Part shown: piece after piece, positions 19,090 to 28,896 of the stretch | Layout of the letters: every line of letters begins with the position of its first letter | Numbering within the stretch: position 1 is the first letter of the stretch | Origin: an uncultured Thermodesulfobacteriota bacterium | GTDB lineage: Bacteria; Desulfobacterota; WTBG01; CAIYCZ01; CAIRTM01 | DNA length: 64,000 nucleotides | Reading direction: 5' to 3' | Assembly: GCA_964387595.1 (NCBI GenBank) | Contig: CAYLYF010000005.1 | Span: 2,220-66,219, forward strand | Program-made: the position numbers and the translations under genes | The notes under the pieces: model-generated | The model's database searches: none | Told to the model about the DNA's origin: nothing | The model's input: only the letters and a program-made list of their open reading frames with translations

Positions 19090-19290
19090 AATCAGGATCG
19101 ATAATTATTTTGGTACCGCAATGATCAGCGTTATAAAGCGGATTAGAGGGGCCCGCTTAAAAAAGTAATTCCCTGTCAAAATTAAACAACTCTTTCTTTA
19201 CTGCTTCATCAATAACAAATTCAGTAGCCCCTTTAACAGAAATACTGGCATGGTCGTCTGGACGGTACTAAAAATACCCGCCTTAAATTG
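19090..19290 (-). pseudogene. Remnant of a pyridoxamine 5'-phosphate oxidase-like (split-barrel) gene
   Basis: Hand translation *YRPDDHASISVKGATEFVIDEAVKKELFNFDRELLF*AGPSNPLY resembles the C-terminal half of PNPOx-like/general stress proteins. In-frame stops; no start. Confidence 0.4.
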
Positions 19291-19330
19291 TTGAAAACTT
19301 CACAAACTTTCTTCGATTTACCCCTTTTTT

Positions 19331-19876
19331 CTATCGTGTCCAGGAAACGCGAAATATCCCTTCCGCTGGATTTGTGTATCTAATCCGATTGGGCTCAATG
19401 ACGATGATTTTGTGATTAAATTTAGGGTTGAGGTTTTTTGACTGAATTTTTCTACCTCCGATAACAATGTTCATTGCTTTAAATGCTTTTTCAAACAATT
19501 CGGAGTCCTCTTTTCTGCTGTAAATTACCGCTTTCCCCCATGCCTGCAGTCCCTTGTAACCCCAGAAATCATCAGCGAGATTATAGGGTTCTGCAATCGA
19601 AAAAGCGATCTTTTTGTTTTTTTTAAGGTTGCTAAACTTACTGCCCCCCTCGGAAAGAACATAAAAGGTTAATCCGCGCGACATGTATCCAACAGGGGTG
19701 GAACGCGGGGCATCATTTTTTGACGTGCACAGGTGCAGGACCTCATTTCTTTTAATAAACTTTATAAGATCTTTTTCAAAGGAGCTTGCCGATCGGTAAT
19801 TTTTTAATTTCAACCCCGATTTCTTAAAAACCTCTGTTACATTTGTTGGTATAGAATCCTGTTTAATTTTTGACAT
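19331..19876 (-). CDS. Pyridoxamine 5'-phosphate oxidase family flavin-binding protein
   Basis: 181 aa. LHLCTSKNDAPRSTPV, KFSNLKKNKKIAFSI, GLQAWGKA. Confidence 0.85.
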   Translation of the reverse strand: MSKIKQDSIPTNVTEVFKKSGLKLKNYRSASSFEKDLIKFIKRNEVLHLCTSKNDAPRSTPVGYMSRGLTFYVLSEGGSKFSNLKKNKKIAFSIAEPYNLADDFWGYKGLQAWGKAVIYSRKEDSELFEKAFKAMNIVIGGRKIQSKNLNPKFNHKIIVIEPNRIRYTNPAEGIFRVSWTR

Positions 19877-19955
19877 ATCACTTCACCTTTCTTGAGATTT
19901 ATGTTAACCGGTTATCTGCTTCGATTAAGTAATTTTGAAAAAAAATAGTAATTAT

Positions 19956-19974
19956 CCACGGCTAAAAGCCGTTG
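19956..19974. repeat. IS200/IS605-end-like hairpin
   Basis: CCACGGCTAAAAGCCGTTG (stem ACGGCT/AGCCGT). Resembles the CCACGGCTAAAGCCGTGG-type subterminal hairpins of IS200/IS605 elements. No transposase nearby. Confidence 0.35.
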
Positions 19975-20044
19975 TTTTATCTTGTAATAAAATTCATCAA
20001 TTAAAAAACTCACAAGCCGTACGGCTCTCATGCTGTAATATAAA

Positions 20045-20495
20045 ATTTACCTGTATCCGTAGCCGAATGCCCCCCAGATTAGTCAGGGGCATTCGGTACA
20101 GACGCAAAGAGCCTTCACCTGCAGCAAACATATCCGCCCTTTTTTCAAGATCCTTAATAGAACGCCTAAGTTCATGATATATGATCTTTAGACATTAAAG
20201 AATATCTTCTCACTGGAAAGAATTTCTGCCCTGGACTCTACAATCGCAGCCCGGTAATTATGGCCGCGGTGATCACCGTCACAGATCTTAAAAGAAGCCG
20301 CCCGATTTTTTTCAATACAGCGGTTCATGCGGCCGCCGCGTTTTGTTCCGGTATAAAGATATAAAGATATTAATCATCTGTTGCAAATGATGTTTCAACT
20401 GCATAGGGCTTCCCCTTATCTACGACAATCAAGGTACCCAAGATCTGATCATTCATAAGCTTCTTGATTTCCGGTTCAGTAATTGACTGTCTCAT
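20045..20495 (-). pseudogene. PNPOx/NimA-like flavin-nucleotide-binding protein pseudogene
   Basis: MRQSITEPEIKKLMNDQILGTLIVVDKGKPYAVETSFATDD* then YLYTGTKRGGRMNRCIEKNRAASFKIC. TAA at 20370-20372, 8-bp tandem duplication ATAAAGAT (20353-20368), a further frameshift and stop near 20200. Confidence 0.75.
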
Positions 20496-20689
20496 ATCTT
20501 CCAATTCTCCAAAATATTCATAAAATAATTTAACCCGTCACACTTTTAAAACTGACTTCTTAACAAATTAATATTGCAAATCCTTCCATGGTACTATCTT
20601 TTCACATGTATTCTCTTACACTTGTTAAGAATATGTAACATGTTTTTTTTACCGTGTCAACACATGTGCGCTGTTAAACAGCTCGCATA

Positions 20690-21077
20690 AGTGTGACCAT
20701 CCCGCCCTGGCCGAAGATGCCTTTTAGCCGGACTGATACATGATGCGGGCAAACTTATTTTTGATCAGTACATTCTGCAAAGAATTGATGTTTTTCAGCA
20801 AAAACTGGGAAATAAAAATATATATTTTAAGTACCGAAAAAGAGATTCTTGGATTTGATCATGCTGAAATAGCCTCTGGCGTCTGTGAAAAATGGCAGAT
20901 TCCTTTGCATTAAGGTGCGGTCTTGGCGAGGGTATTGACGGAATGAAATATGAAATGGATATAAAAGCAATGGAATTCTTAAAACTCAAAGACAGCGATG
21001 TTCAGATGATAATCGGTGAAGTTCTTGAGTATATAGAACAAACCACACAATCTATTAATAAATGCCTCACACTATGA
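20690..21077 (+). pseudogene. HDOD-domain protein pseudogene (C-terminal part)
   Basis: Pieces in changing frames: HPALAEDAF / AGLIHDAGKLIFDQYIL / TEKEILGFDHAEIASGVCEKWQIP / MADSFALRCGLGEGIDGMKYEMD. Confidence 0.7.
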
Positions 21078-21239
21078 ATTTTCAAATCGTCCTTTTATAA
21101 CCATCAATTGACTTATCCTCAATAATTCCATAAAATCCTGTAAGTAGCGTGAGAATGTCTTAGGCATGTAATCTCCGAACTAAAGTACATATTTTCCACG
21201 GCACGAACCAAAATCTTTATTTAGTTAAGGAATTCAAGG

Positions 21240-22778
21240 TTGACAAATATTAAGATAAACAGCCAGTTTAAAAGTGCACTTAAACTGATTAAAAATTCAA
21301 ATGAATCCGTATTTATTACAGGAAAAGCAGGCACAGGCAAATCAACTTTTCTTCAATATGCACGCCGGAACATAAAAAAAAACATGGTTGTTCTTGCACC
21401 TACCGGTGTTGCAGCGCTTAATGTTAAAGGTGAGACAATCCATTCTTTTTTTCATTTTAAACCCGGAATCACACCCAAGGATGCGGAAAAAAAAGCTAAG
21501 AAAAATATTGATAATGCTCTATACAAAAAGATTGATACCATCCTGATCGATGAGATCTCAATGGTCAGAGCGGACCTGCTGGACTGCATTGATACATTTT
21601 TAAGAACCTTTCTGAACAGCGATCAACCTTTTGGCAATATCCAGATGGTGTTTATCGGCGACCTGTATCAGCTGCCGCCTGTGGTGACAAACCATGAAAG
21701 GGAAATGTTCAGTAAATATTACGAATCACCTTTCTTTTTCTCGGCAAATGTAATTATAAAAGATAAATTTAAATATCACTATGTCGAACTTGAAGAAATA
21801 TACCGTCAGAAGGATGATCATTTCATTGAGATCTTAAATGCTGTCCGAAACAATTCTGCAACTGCAAAACATTTTGAATATATAAACAGAAATGTCATTG
21901 ATGACCAATTCGAAGAGGACCAGGGCTTTATTTTCTTAACGACTCTGAACCGGAGCGCCGACGAAATAAACGCTTATAAGCTTTCAGCCTTAAGCACAAA
22001 ACTGTTTATTTCAAAAGCAGAAATAGACGGTGAATTTGAGCTTAACGCTGCACCCACTTCAGTTAAGCTGGCTTTAAAACCGGGGGCCCAGGTTATGTTT
22101 TTAAATAATCATTCTGACGGACTCTGGGTTAACGGTACCGTAGGCATCATTGAAGAAATAGATAATTCAGAAATATTTGTCAGAACTGATAATAATCTGG
22201 TTGTATCAGTAAATAAGCACAAATGGTCTCTTTACAAATACATATACGATTCAGAAAACAAGAACCTTATCCAGGAAAAAACAGGGGATTTTCTTCAGTA
22301 TCCGTTAAAACTTGCATGGGCAATAACTATACATAAAAGCCAGGGGAAAACATTTAAAAAAGCAATCATTGATCTTAAAAACGGTACTTTTGCACATGGA
22401 CAGTCCTATGTAGCACTCAGTCGATGTGTTTCTCTAAATGGGATCGGACTTGTTCATCCGCTAAAGAAGAACCACATTAAAACCGACCATAGAATAATAA
22501 ATTATTTAACAAAACTTCAATATGACGCGGCAGAAGACAGATGCCCGACAGCTGATAAAATCAAGATCCTAAAAGATGCAATTAATAAAAAGAGCTTAAT
22601 TAATATTGTTTATTTAAAGCCAAACGACCATAAATCCACCCGCACGATCAAACCATTTTTCCTTGGCGAAAAAAAATACAGGGACAATAAATACATTGGA
22701 CTGGATGCTTACTGCATGAAAGATAATACAGACAGGATCTTTAGAATTGACAGAATACTTGAGATAAATGAAAAGTAA
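21240..22778 (+). CDS. Pif1/RecD-like SF1B helicase with C-terminal WYL domain
   Basis: 512 aa. ITGKAGTGKST, LAPTGVAA, IDEISMV, GDLYQLPPV, YRQ, QYPLKLAWAITIHKSQG, GQSYVALSRC; C-terminal IVYLK..STRTIKP..LDAYCMKDNTDRIFRIDRI (WYL). Confidence 0.9.
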   Translation: MTNIKINSQFKSALKLIKNSNESVFITGKAGTGKSTFLQYARRNIKKNMVVLAPTGVAALNVKGETIHSFFHFKPGITPKDAEKKAKKNIDNALYKKIDTILIDEISMVRADLLDCIDTFLRTFLNSDQPFGNIQMVFIGDLYQLPPVVTNHEREMFSKYYESPFFFSANVIIKDKFKYHYVELEEIYRQKDDHFIEILNAVRNNSATAKHFEYINRNVIDDQFEEDQGFIFLTTLNRSADEINAYKLSALSTKLFISKAEIDGEFELNAAPTSVKLALKPGAQVMFLNNHSDGLWVNGTVGIIEEIDNSEIFVRTDNNLVVSVNKHKWSLYKYIYDSENKNLIQEKTGDFLQYPLKLAWAITIHKSQGKTFKKAIIDLKNGTFAHGQSYVALSRCVSLNGIGLVHPLKKNHIKTDHRIINYLTKLQYDAAEDRCPTADKIKILKDAINKKSLINIVYLKPNDHKSTRTIKPFFLGEKKYRDNKYIGLDAYCMKDNTDRIFRIDRILEINEK

Positions 22779-23066
22779 TAAACCCGGAAGATCAAAAAAA
22801 GTCATACCGAAAGTCCCGGATATCAGTCGGTAAAAACGATGGTGAATAATTCTGTTATAAAATATATAAGAACTGATAAATGATTTTGTTTACGCCTGAT
22901 CCAATCAGTCAGTGGGTCGGGAAGGTCAAGCAGTTTTTAATGATCTGTGAGCCGGATTTTGAATTCATACAGGTATTCTGGGAGAATTTTGGACGGTATT
23001 GTCTACTGGATTTAAAGCTGAAAATCAGTTCTTAAGGTCTGATCCTCAGCCCTATCAATTATCAAA

Positions 23067-23267
23067 TTACGGCCTATACTGAAAACGCATTGCTTTACGT
23101 TTTCTTCTTACTGCTTCAAGTTTTTTTCTTTTCTTTTTAACGCTTGGTTTTTCATAGAAACGCCTGCTTCTAAGCTCTCTTAAGAGTCCATCTATCTGAA
23201 CTCTTTTTTTAAAAAGCCTTAAAGCTCTTTCTATGTCGCCGCCTCTAATTTCTACAGAAATTGACAT
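23067..23267 (-). CDS. rpsU: 30S ribosomal protein S21
   Basis: 66 aa. IERALRLFKK, RRFYEKPSVKKKRK. Confidence 0.95.
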   Translation of the reverse strand: MSISVEIRGGDIERALRLFKKRVQIDGLLRELRSRRFYEKPSVKKKRKKLEAVRRKRKAMRFQYRP

Positions 23268-23605
23268 TTTTAACCTCTATTAATATATTTTAAAATATAA
23301 TTATTAACTTATTTTAACTAAATGATTCAAATTTATATACTTATTTATATCTTTACTGAATTTGTCAGCTTACCTCTTTTGAATTTTAAATAATAAATTA
23401 AAAATGTTTCTATGTCAATAAAAATAAATCATCCTGTATTCAGAATGTTTCCTAAGTATTTGATTAATAATGAAAATCAGCATCCCGGATCGAAAGTCTT
23501 CAATTATAGATTACAAATATCCAAATCATATTTAATCTGATTGACATCTATGCTCATATTTTTATAGTATTACAAAAATAGTAAATACGATAAGGAAACA
23601 GCAGC

Positions 23606-24355
23606 ATGATGAGAACAGCAAACCCTGCTCTGAATAAAAAAACCTTTGAAAGCATCGGTTATACTTCAAAAAACGAAAATTTGATGACATTGCAGGGAAC
23701 CGTTAACAAAACAGGTTTTCTATTAACATTTCTCATCCTTGCAGCTGCCTATACCTGGAACCTCTACTTTGAAACAGGTAACCCGGCCGCTATTATGCCA
23801 TGGCTGATCGGCGGTGGAATAGGAGGATTCATTGTTGCCCTGATCACAACATTTAAAAAAACCTTATCCCCAATAACAGCTCCGATCTATGCAGTTCTTG
23901 AAGGGCTTTTTCTAGGCAGCTTATCAGCGTTTTTTGAAAGCCGGTTTCCCGGGATAGTTGTTCAGGCTGTGGGTCTTACCTTTGGTACCCTTTTTGCCCT
24001 TCTCATGGCTTACCGGTCAGGACTTATAAAAGCCACTGAAAATTTCAAGCTCGGTGTAACTGCCGCAACCGGTGGAATATTCTTATTGTATCTTATCTCT
24101 TTTATCCTCGGACTTTTCGGAACAGGTATCCCCTATATTCACCAAAGTGGCATAATCGGTATTGGTTTCAGCCTTGTTGTTGTTGTTATTGCCGCCTTAA
24201 ATCTTGTCCTTGATTTTGATTTTATTGAAAATGCCACAGAAAACGGCGCCCCTAAATATATGGAGTGGTACGGCGCTTTTGGATTACTGGTAACGCTTAT
24301 CTGGTTATATATTGAGATTTTAAGACTTCTTTCAAAACTTTACAGCAGGAACTAA
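23606..24355 (+). CDS. Bax inhibitor-1/YccA family membrane protein
   Basis: 249 aa, multi-TM. MTLQGTVNKT, LNLVLDFDFIE, APKYMEWYGAFGLLVTLIWLYIEILRLL. Confidence 0.92.
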   Translation: MMRTANPALNKKTFESIGYTSKNENLMTLQGTVNKTGFLLTFLILAAAYTWNLYFETGNPAAIMPWLIGGGIGGFIVALITTFKKTLSPITAPIYAVLEGLFLGSLSAFFESRFPGIVVQAVGLTFGTLFALLMAYRSGLIKATENFKLGVTAATGGIFLLYLISFILGLFGTGIPYIHQSGIIGIGFSLVVVVIAALNLVLDFDFIENATENGAPKYMEWYGAFGLLVTLIWLYIEILRLLSKLYSRN

Positions 24356-24388
24356 CATCAAACAAATACTTTTTCTATAGAAATCACT

Positions 24389-24694
24389 ATGGCAAAACCT
24401 GTTAAACCACCGGTTGACCGCCTGATTAAATCAGGAATATTCTCTAAGCCCAGAGCGCCTCAGGATGCACCTCACCTCTACGGTAAACTCCTTTTTTTCC
24501 CCGTCTGGTGCAAAAAGTGCGGACTTTGCACTGTTGCCTGTCAGACAGGGGCATTAAAACAGAAAAAAGACGGTACCCCCTACCTGGCTGACCCAGACAA
24601 ATGCAAACTCTGCTCGCTTTGCTGGAGGACCTGCCCTGACTTTGCAATTGTAAAAAACCCTGTCCAGGAGGAGGAAAAAAGTGACTCTAAATAG
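24389..24694 (+). CDS. korD: 2-oxoglutarate:ferredoxin oxidoreductase delta subunit (ferredoxin)
   Basis: CKKCGLCTVACQ, CKLCSLCWRTCPDFAI. First gene of the kor operon. Confidence 0.8.
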   Translation: MAKPVKPPVDRLIKSGIFSKPRAPQDAPHLYGKLLFFPVWCKKCGLCTVACQTGALKQKKDGTPYLADPDKCKLCSLCWRTCPDFAIVKNPVQEEEKSDSK

Positions 24695-25850
24695 AACCAC
24701 ACCTGACGGCCTTCCCATAAGCTTTATTCAGGGTAATGAAGCCTGCGTTTTCGGAGCACTGCATGCAGGATGCAATTTCTTTGCAGGTTATCCGATAACC
24801 CCTTCAACAGAAATTGCTGAAGGAATGGCTCGTGATCTTCCGGTCATCGGCGGAACTTTTATTCAGATGGAAGATGAGATCGCATCCATCGGCGCAATCA
24901 TCGGAGCCAGCGCTGCCGGAGCTGTCTCTATGACCGCAACATCCGGCCCCGGTTTTTCTCTGATGCAGGAAAACATCGGATACGCATATATGACCCAGAT
25001 TCCCCTTGTCCTGATAAATGTGCAGCGCGGGGGACCCTCCACCGGTTCACCCACAAACCTGGCTCAGGCTGACACGATGCAGGCAAGATGGGGAACACAT
25101 GGTGATTATACAGCCATTGCAATCGCACCCTCAAGTGTACAGGAGTCATACAATATAACCATACGGGCTTTTCAGCTTGCAGAGAGATTCAGCACTCCCG
25201 TTATTGTCCTGCTGGATGAACTGGTGGGCCACATGCGTGAAAAAGTTATCCTTAAAGAAACTAAAAATGTAAATCCGGTAAAAAGAAGTTTCCCGGAAGT
25301 GCCGCCAGAGTGGTACTTCCCCTATAAAAAAACGCTGGACATGGTTTCACACCCTGCGCCTATGAGTGAAGGATACCGCTACAATATAACCGGGCTCACA
25401 CATGACGAATCAGGATTTCCAACCGCTGTTCCTTCTGAAATAGTCAGCGCTCTTGAAACTTTAAAAAACAAGATAATGCTCCATACCCAGGAAATATGGG
25501 AATGGGATGAATACTATACCGAGGACGCAAAGTTCCTCATTATTGCCTATGGAAGCGCAGCAAGGGCTGCACGCGGTGCTGTGGAAACCCTTAGAAATAA
25601 AAAAATAAAGGCGGGTCTTTTTGTCTTGAAAACGGTATGGCCCTTCCCTGACCTCCCCCTTAAACAAATAGTAGAAAAAACCAAACTGAAAATTGCATTT
25701 GTTGCTGAAAACAACATGGGACAGTTAATTCACCCGGTAAGAGAAGCGCTTCCCCAGAACATAAAGATCATGGGTATAAACCGCTATGACGGACACTCTC
25801 TTGATCCCTATAAAATTGTTCAGATAGTCAAGGAGGAGATCTATGCATGA
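24681..25850 (+). CDS. korA: 2-oxoacid (2-oxoglutarate):ferredoxin oxidoreductase alpha subunit
   Basis: QGNEACVFGA, FAGYPITPSTEI, QMEDEIAS, TATSGPGFSLMQE, QRGGPSTG. Confidence 0.93.
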   Translation: MTLNRTTPDGLPISFIQGNEACVFGALHAGCNFFAGYPITPSTEIAEGMARDLPVIGGTFIQMEDEIASIGAIIGASAAGAVSMTATSGPGFSLMQENIGYAYMTQIPLVLINVQRGGPSTGSPTNLAQADTMQARWGTHGDYTAIAIAPSSVQESYNITIRAFQLAERFSTPVIVLLDELVGHMREKVILKETKNVNPVKRSFPEVPPEWYFPYKKTLDMVSHPAPMSEGYRYNITGLTHDESGFPTAVPSEIVSALETLKNKIMLHTQEIWEWDEYYTEDAKFLIIAYGSAARAARGAVETLRNKKIKAGLFVLKTVWPFPDLPLKQIVEKTKLKIAFVAENNMGQLIHPVREALPQNIKIMGINRYDGHSLDPYKIVQIVKEEIYA

Positions 25851-26676
25851 GCTGTCTGATATATATAAATATCTGCGATGGAAAAAAAGATTTCCAACGG
25901 TCTGGTGTGCGGGATGCGGCATAGGAACAGTTATGGGCTCTATCCTGCGCGGGATGATAGACCTTAAAATCCCTAAAGACGATGTGGCCTTTGTCTCCGG
26001 GATAGGATGTACCGGAAGAATGCCCGTATATCTTGATTTTAACACAATGCATACAACCCATGGCAGAGCGCTGGCATTTGCAACCGGTATTAAAATGCAC
26101 CGTCCAAAAATGAAAGTTGTCGTAGTCTCGGGTGATGGAGATGCTCTCGCTATCGGCGGCAATCATTTTATACATGCCGCAAGAAGAAATATTGATATTA
26201 CGCTGATACTGGTAAATAACAGCATTTATGGAATGACAGGGGGACAGGTCGCTCCCACAACTCCGATTGGATCAAATGCCCATACGACGCCATACGGAAA
26301 TTATGAACCGCCATTTAATCCCGTAGAACTTGCCATGTCCGCGGGCGCAACATTTGTTGCCCGCAGCACCACTTATGCTGTTGTTCAAACAACCAACTTC
26401 ATCAAAAAAGCCTTAAATTACAATGGTTTTTCACTCGTTGAGATCATCAGCCAGTGCCCGACCCAATACGGCAGACTGAACAAACTTGGAAATGCCAAAA
26501 GCATGCTCCTGCAGCAAAAAGAAAACAGCATAAGTCTGTTAAAATCAAAAGAAATGTCCGAAGAGGACTTGAAAGACAAGATCATAACCGGAATATTTTG
26601 TGAAAGCATACGGCCCGAATATACAACAGCCTACAAAAACTATGTGAAAAACATCCAATCTCAGTTGGAGGACTAA
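25843..26676 (+). CDS. korB: 2-oxoacid:ferredoxin oxidoreductase beta subunit
   Basis: WCAGCG, SGIGCTGR, THGRA, intact SGDGDALAIGGNH TPP motif, NNSIYGMTGGQ. Confidence 0.95.
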   Translation: MHELSDIYKYLRWKKRFPTVWCAGCGIGTVMGSILRGMIDLKIPKDDVAFVSGIGCTGRMPVYLDFNTMHTTHGRALAFATGIKMHRPKMKVVVVSGDGDALAIGGNHFIHAARRNIDITLILVNNSIYGMTGGQVAPTTPIGSNAHTTPYGNYEPPFNPVELAMSAGATFVARSTTYAVVQTTNFIKKALNYNGFSLVEIISQCPTQYGRLNKLGNAKSMLLQQKENSISLLKSKEMSEEDLKDKIITGIFCESIRPEYTTAYKNYVKNIQSQLED

Positions 26677-26677
26677 T

Positions 26678-27280
26678 TTGTCACCTTCAAAAAAAATGAT
26701 TTCAAAAGACAGTCCTGGAAAAACAATGAATAGAATCAATATCAGGATCTCGGGTTCAGGCGGTCAAGGGATAATATCAACCGGCATGCTGCTGGGAGAA
26801 GCCATAGCCATCGGAGACGGCAAAAACGTGACCCAAAGCCAGTCCTACGGCCCTGAAGCAAGAGGCGGCGCAACACTTGCTGATGTGATCGTAAGCGATG
26901 GTGAGATCTTTTTTCCGGAATGTAATGACCTTGACATCCTGCTTGCGTTTACATATGAAGCATACGGAAAATTCGCGTCTAAAACAAAGCAGGATGGAAC
27001 TGTAATCGCTGATGAAAGTGCTGTTGATGTAATTGTGGGGGATGCAAAAACAGTCCAGATCCCCTTCATACAGTTCTCAAAAGATAAATTCAAAACACCA
27101 ATGGTCGCAAATATTATAGCCCTGGGTTTTCTTTCAACATACGCAAAAATTGTCAGCCGGCCTTCTCTGCGGGACGTCGTTGAAGAGCAGTACGCATCCA
27201 CTCCGCATCTTGAGATGAACATGAATGCCCTTGAAGAAGGATTTAAGCTTGGATCAAAATATTTAAAGGATGAAACCTGA
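26678..27280 (+). CDS. korC: 2-oxoacid:ferredoxin oxidoreductase gamma subunit
   Basis: IRISGSGGQGII, QSYGPEARGG, NIIALG. Confidence 0.93.
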   Translation: MSPSKKMISKDSPGKTMNRINIRISGSGGQGIISTGMLLGEAIAIGDGKNVTQSQSYGPEARGGATLADVIVSDGEIFFPECNDLDILLAFTYEAYGKFASKTKQDGTVIADESAVDVIVGDAKTVQIPFIQFSKDKFKTPMVANIIALGFLSTYAKIVSRPSLRDVVEEQYASTPHLEMNMNALEEGFKLGSKYLKDET

Positions 27281-27482
27281 TTTTCTATTAATTTTCACCT
27301 AAACTGAGCGATTTTAAAGTGACCAAAAAAATAAGGGCGATGTCGCCTTAATTTTCAAAGAAACCTGATACTGTCGGCTTGTTTGAGTGTCTGACCAGCA
27401 AAAAAAATAAAATTCCGAATCCTGATAATTCATATTTTTTTAACTGCCCCATTTTTGAGCGCATTTCGCTTGTTCCGATCAT

Positions 27483-28018
27483 GTGCCAGTATGTTTTCTG
27501 CTGATTGTTTGTAACAGGCATGGTTATAGACAAATTGCCGGTGATGCATTACATCTTCTCCAAAGTCGTAATATTTTTGTGCCGTGCCATACGGATTCTG
27601 TCACCTGCAATATCACGGCAAACGAAGGCTGTCCCAAATTCACCCTCAATATTTTGATTATGATAATAACAGCAGTAATATTGACATGAATATTGACGGA
27701 ACCGAAAAAGCAATTAATTTTGGTAATAGGGTAAATGTTGATAATTCGTTCATGGTTGTTCCAAAGAACGGATATAGAGTAAATGTGATTGGTTTCAGGA
27801 AACAGGGTATTTTAAACGAATGCGGCATTCAGATTCACAAAAATGATATCCAAAAACCTTTTTCAGTGGATAAAAGCGGGCATGTTTACAGAGTTGAAAT
27901 TTATAAAGACCAAAAGTTTTCCGGCACGGTCCTTGTAAATTTTAATGATGGGCCGGAAATGATCTCAAGTTCAAGCCCCTCTCAAATCTTATTTCTACAG
28001 GATTACACCGGCCGTTAG
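27483..28018 (+). pseudogene. Frameshifted C-terminal fragment, probably of an M14/M99-type carboxypeptidase
   Basis: Two overlapping ORFs join as LIVCNRHGYRQIAGD.../...IHPQYFDYD..YRVNVIGF..FSVDKSGHVYRVEIYK. No N-terminal catalytic part. Family assignment is from recall of the C-terminal domain. Confidence 0.4.
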
Positions 28019-28036
28019 ATCAGTATCTTTCCAGGA

Positions 28037-28840
28037 TTAATGACCGAATTCAGCAAGCAGATCTCTTTCAAGATATGCATCATCCGCAAATCTTTCCTGT
28101 GCGATCTCTTCCGTCAGCCAGTCGATTTTAGCCCCCTGGCTGGTATTTTCCAAGACCTTTTCAGCCAGATACGGTGTAACCGTCTCTACCTTATCTCCCA
28201 GAATATTAAATATGATTTTTGCCTGTTCCCGGTCCTCTTCCGTCATATTCTTTAGATCGTTTATTAAAAGATCTGTGATAACCATACCCGGCCCGATCGT
28301 ACCGACGATAACGGGTTTACCCTCGAGTTCCGCCACAAGAGACTCTGTCAAATAGCGTACCGCCCTCTTGGTCGTACCATACGGAGTCAGCCCGGCAAGA
28401 ACCATATCATTACTGCCGTGCCCTTCAAAGTTAAATACCTGCCCCGATCCCTGTTCAAGCATACCTTTTATGGCAACCCTGCAGCCGAACATCAAACCAA
28501 TAATATTTGTATTCACAACCGAACTTATCTCTTTTGGATCCAGTTCCCACAGCATCTTTTTTCTATTTGAAATACCGGCATTATTGATCCATATATCAAC
28601 TTGACCAAATTTTTCTTTTGCAGCATTCCAAAGTGCTTCCACCTGATCAAAATCCGACATATCACAGGTCTTTCCCATGACACGGTCACTTTCAAAGTCA
28701 TTGCCAAGATTCACCACTTCCTGATCGAGCTTTTCTTTACCGCGTGCACTTATAACAACCGCACAGTCTTTTTTTAAAAATTCCTTTGCAAGTCCGAGAC
28801 CGATCCCCTTTGAGCTTCCCGTTATTAATACAACTTTCAT
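28037..28840 (-). CDS. Short-chain dehydrogenase/reductase (classical SDR)
   Basis: 267 aa. ITGSSKGIG, WINNAG, YGTTK. Confidence 0.93.
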   Translation of the reverse strand: MKVVLITGSSKGIGLGLAKEFLKKDCAVVISARGKEKLDQEVVNLGNDFESDRVMGKTCDMSDFDQVEALWNAAKEKFGQVDIWINNAGISNRKKMLWELDPKEISSVVNTNIIGLMFGCRVAIKGMLEQGSGQVFNFEGHGSNDMVLAGLTPYGTTKRAVRYLTESLVAELEGKPVIVGTIGPGMVITDLLINDLKNMTEEDREQAKIIFNILGDKVETVTPYLAEKVLENTSQGAKIDWLTEEIAQERFADDAYLERDLLAEFGH

Positions 28841-28896
28841 TATATTCTCCGTTAAAACAGTAAAAAAATTTAAAAAACTATCCGTTCATCAAAAGG

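Noticed and set aside
20063-20096. Strong hairpin CCGAATGCCCC..GGGGCATTCGG
   Set aside because: It lies within the 3' coding remnant of the PNPOx-like pseudogene and has no U-tail, so it is not called a terminator or ncRNA.
21240-22778. Pif1-WYL as part of an anti-phage defence island
   Set aside because: No neighbouring nuclease, methyltransferase, toxin or other defence gene; kept only as a solitary helicase finding.
22900-22935. SRP-RNA-like stretch CAGTGGGTCGGGAAGGTCAAGCAG (a similar stretch lies near 18432-18446)
   Set aside because: Does not match the conserved CAGG-TCCGGAAGGAAGCAG core, and no enclosing long stem was found.
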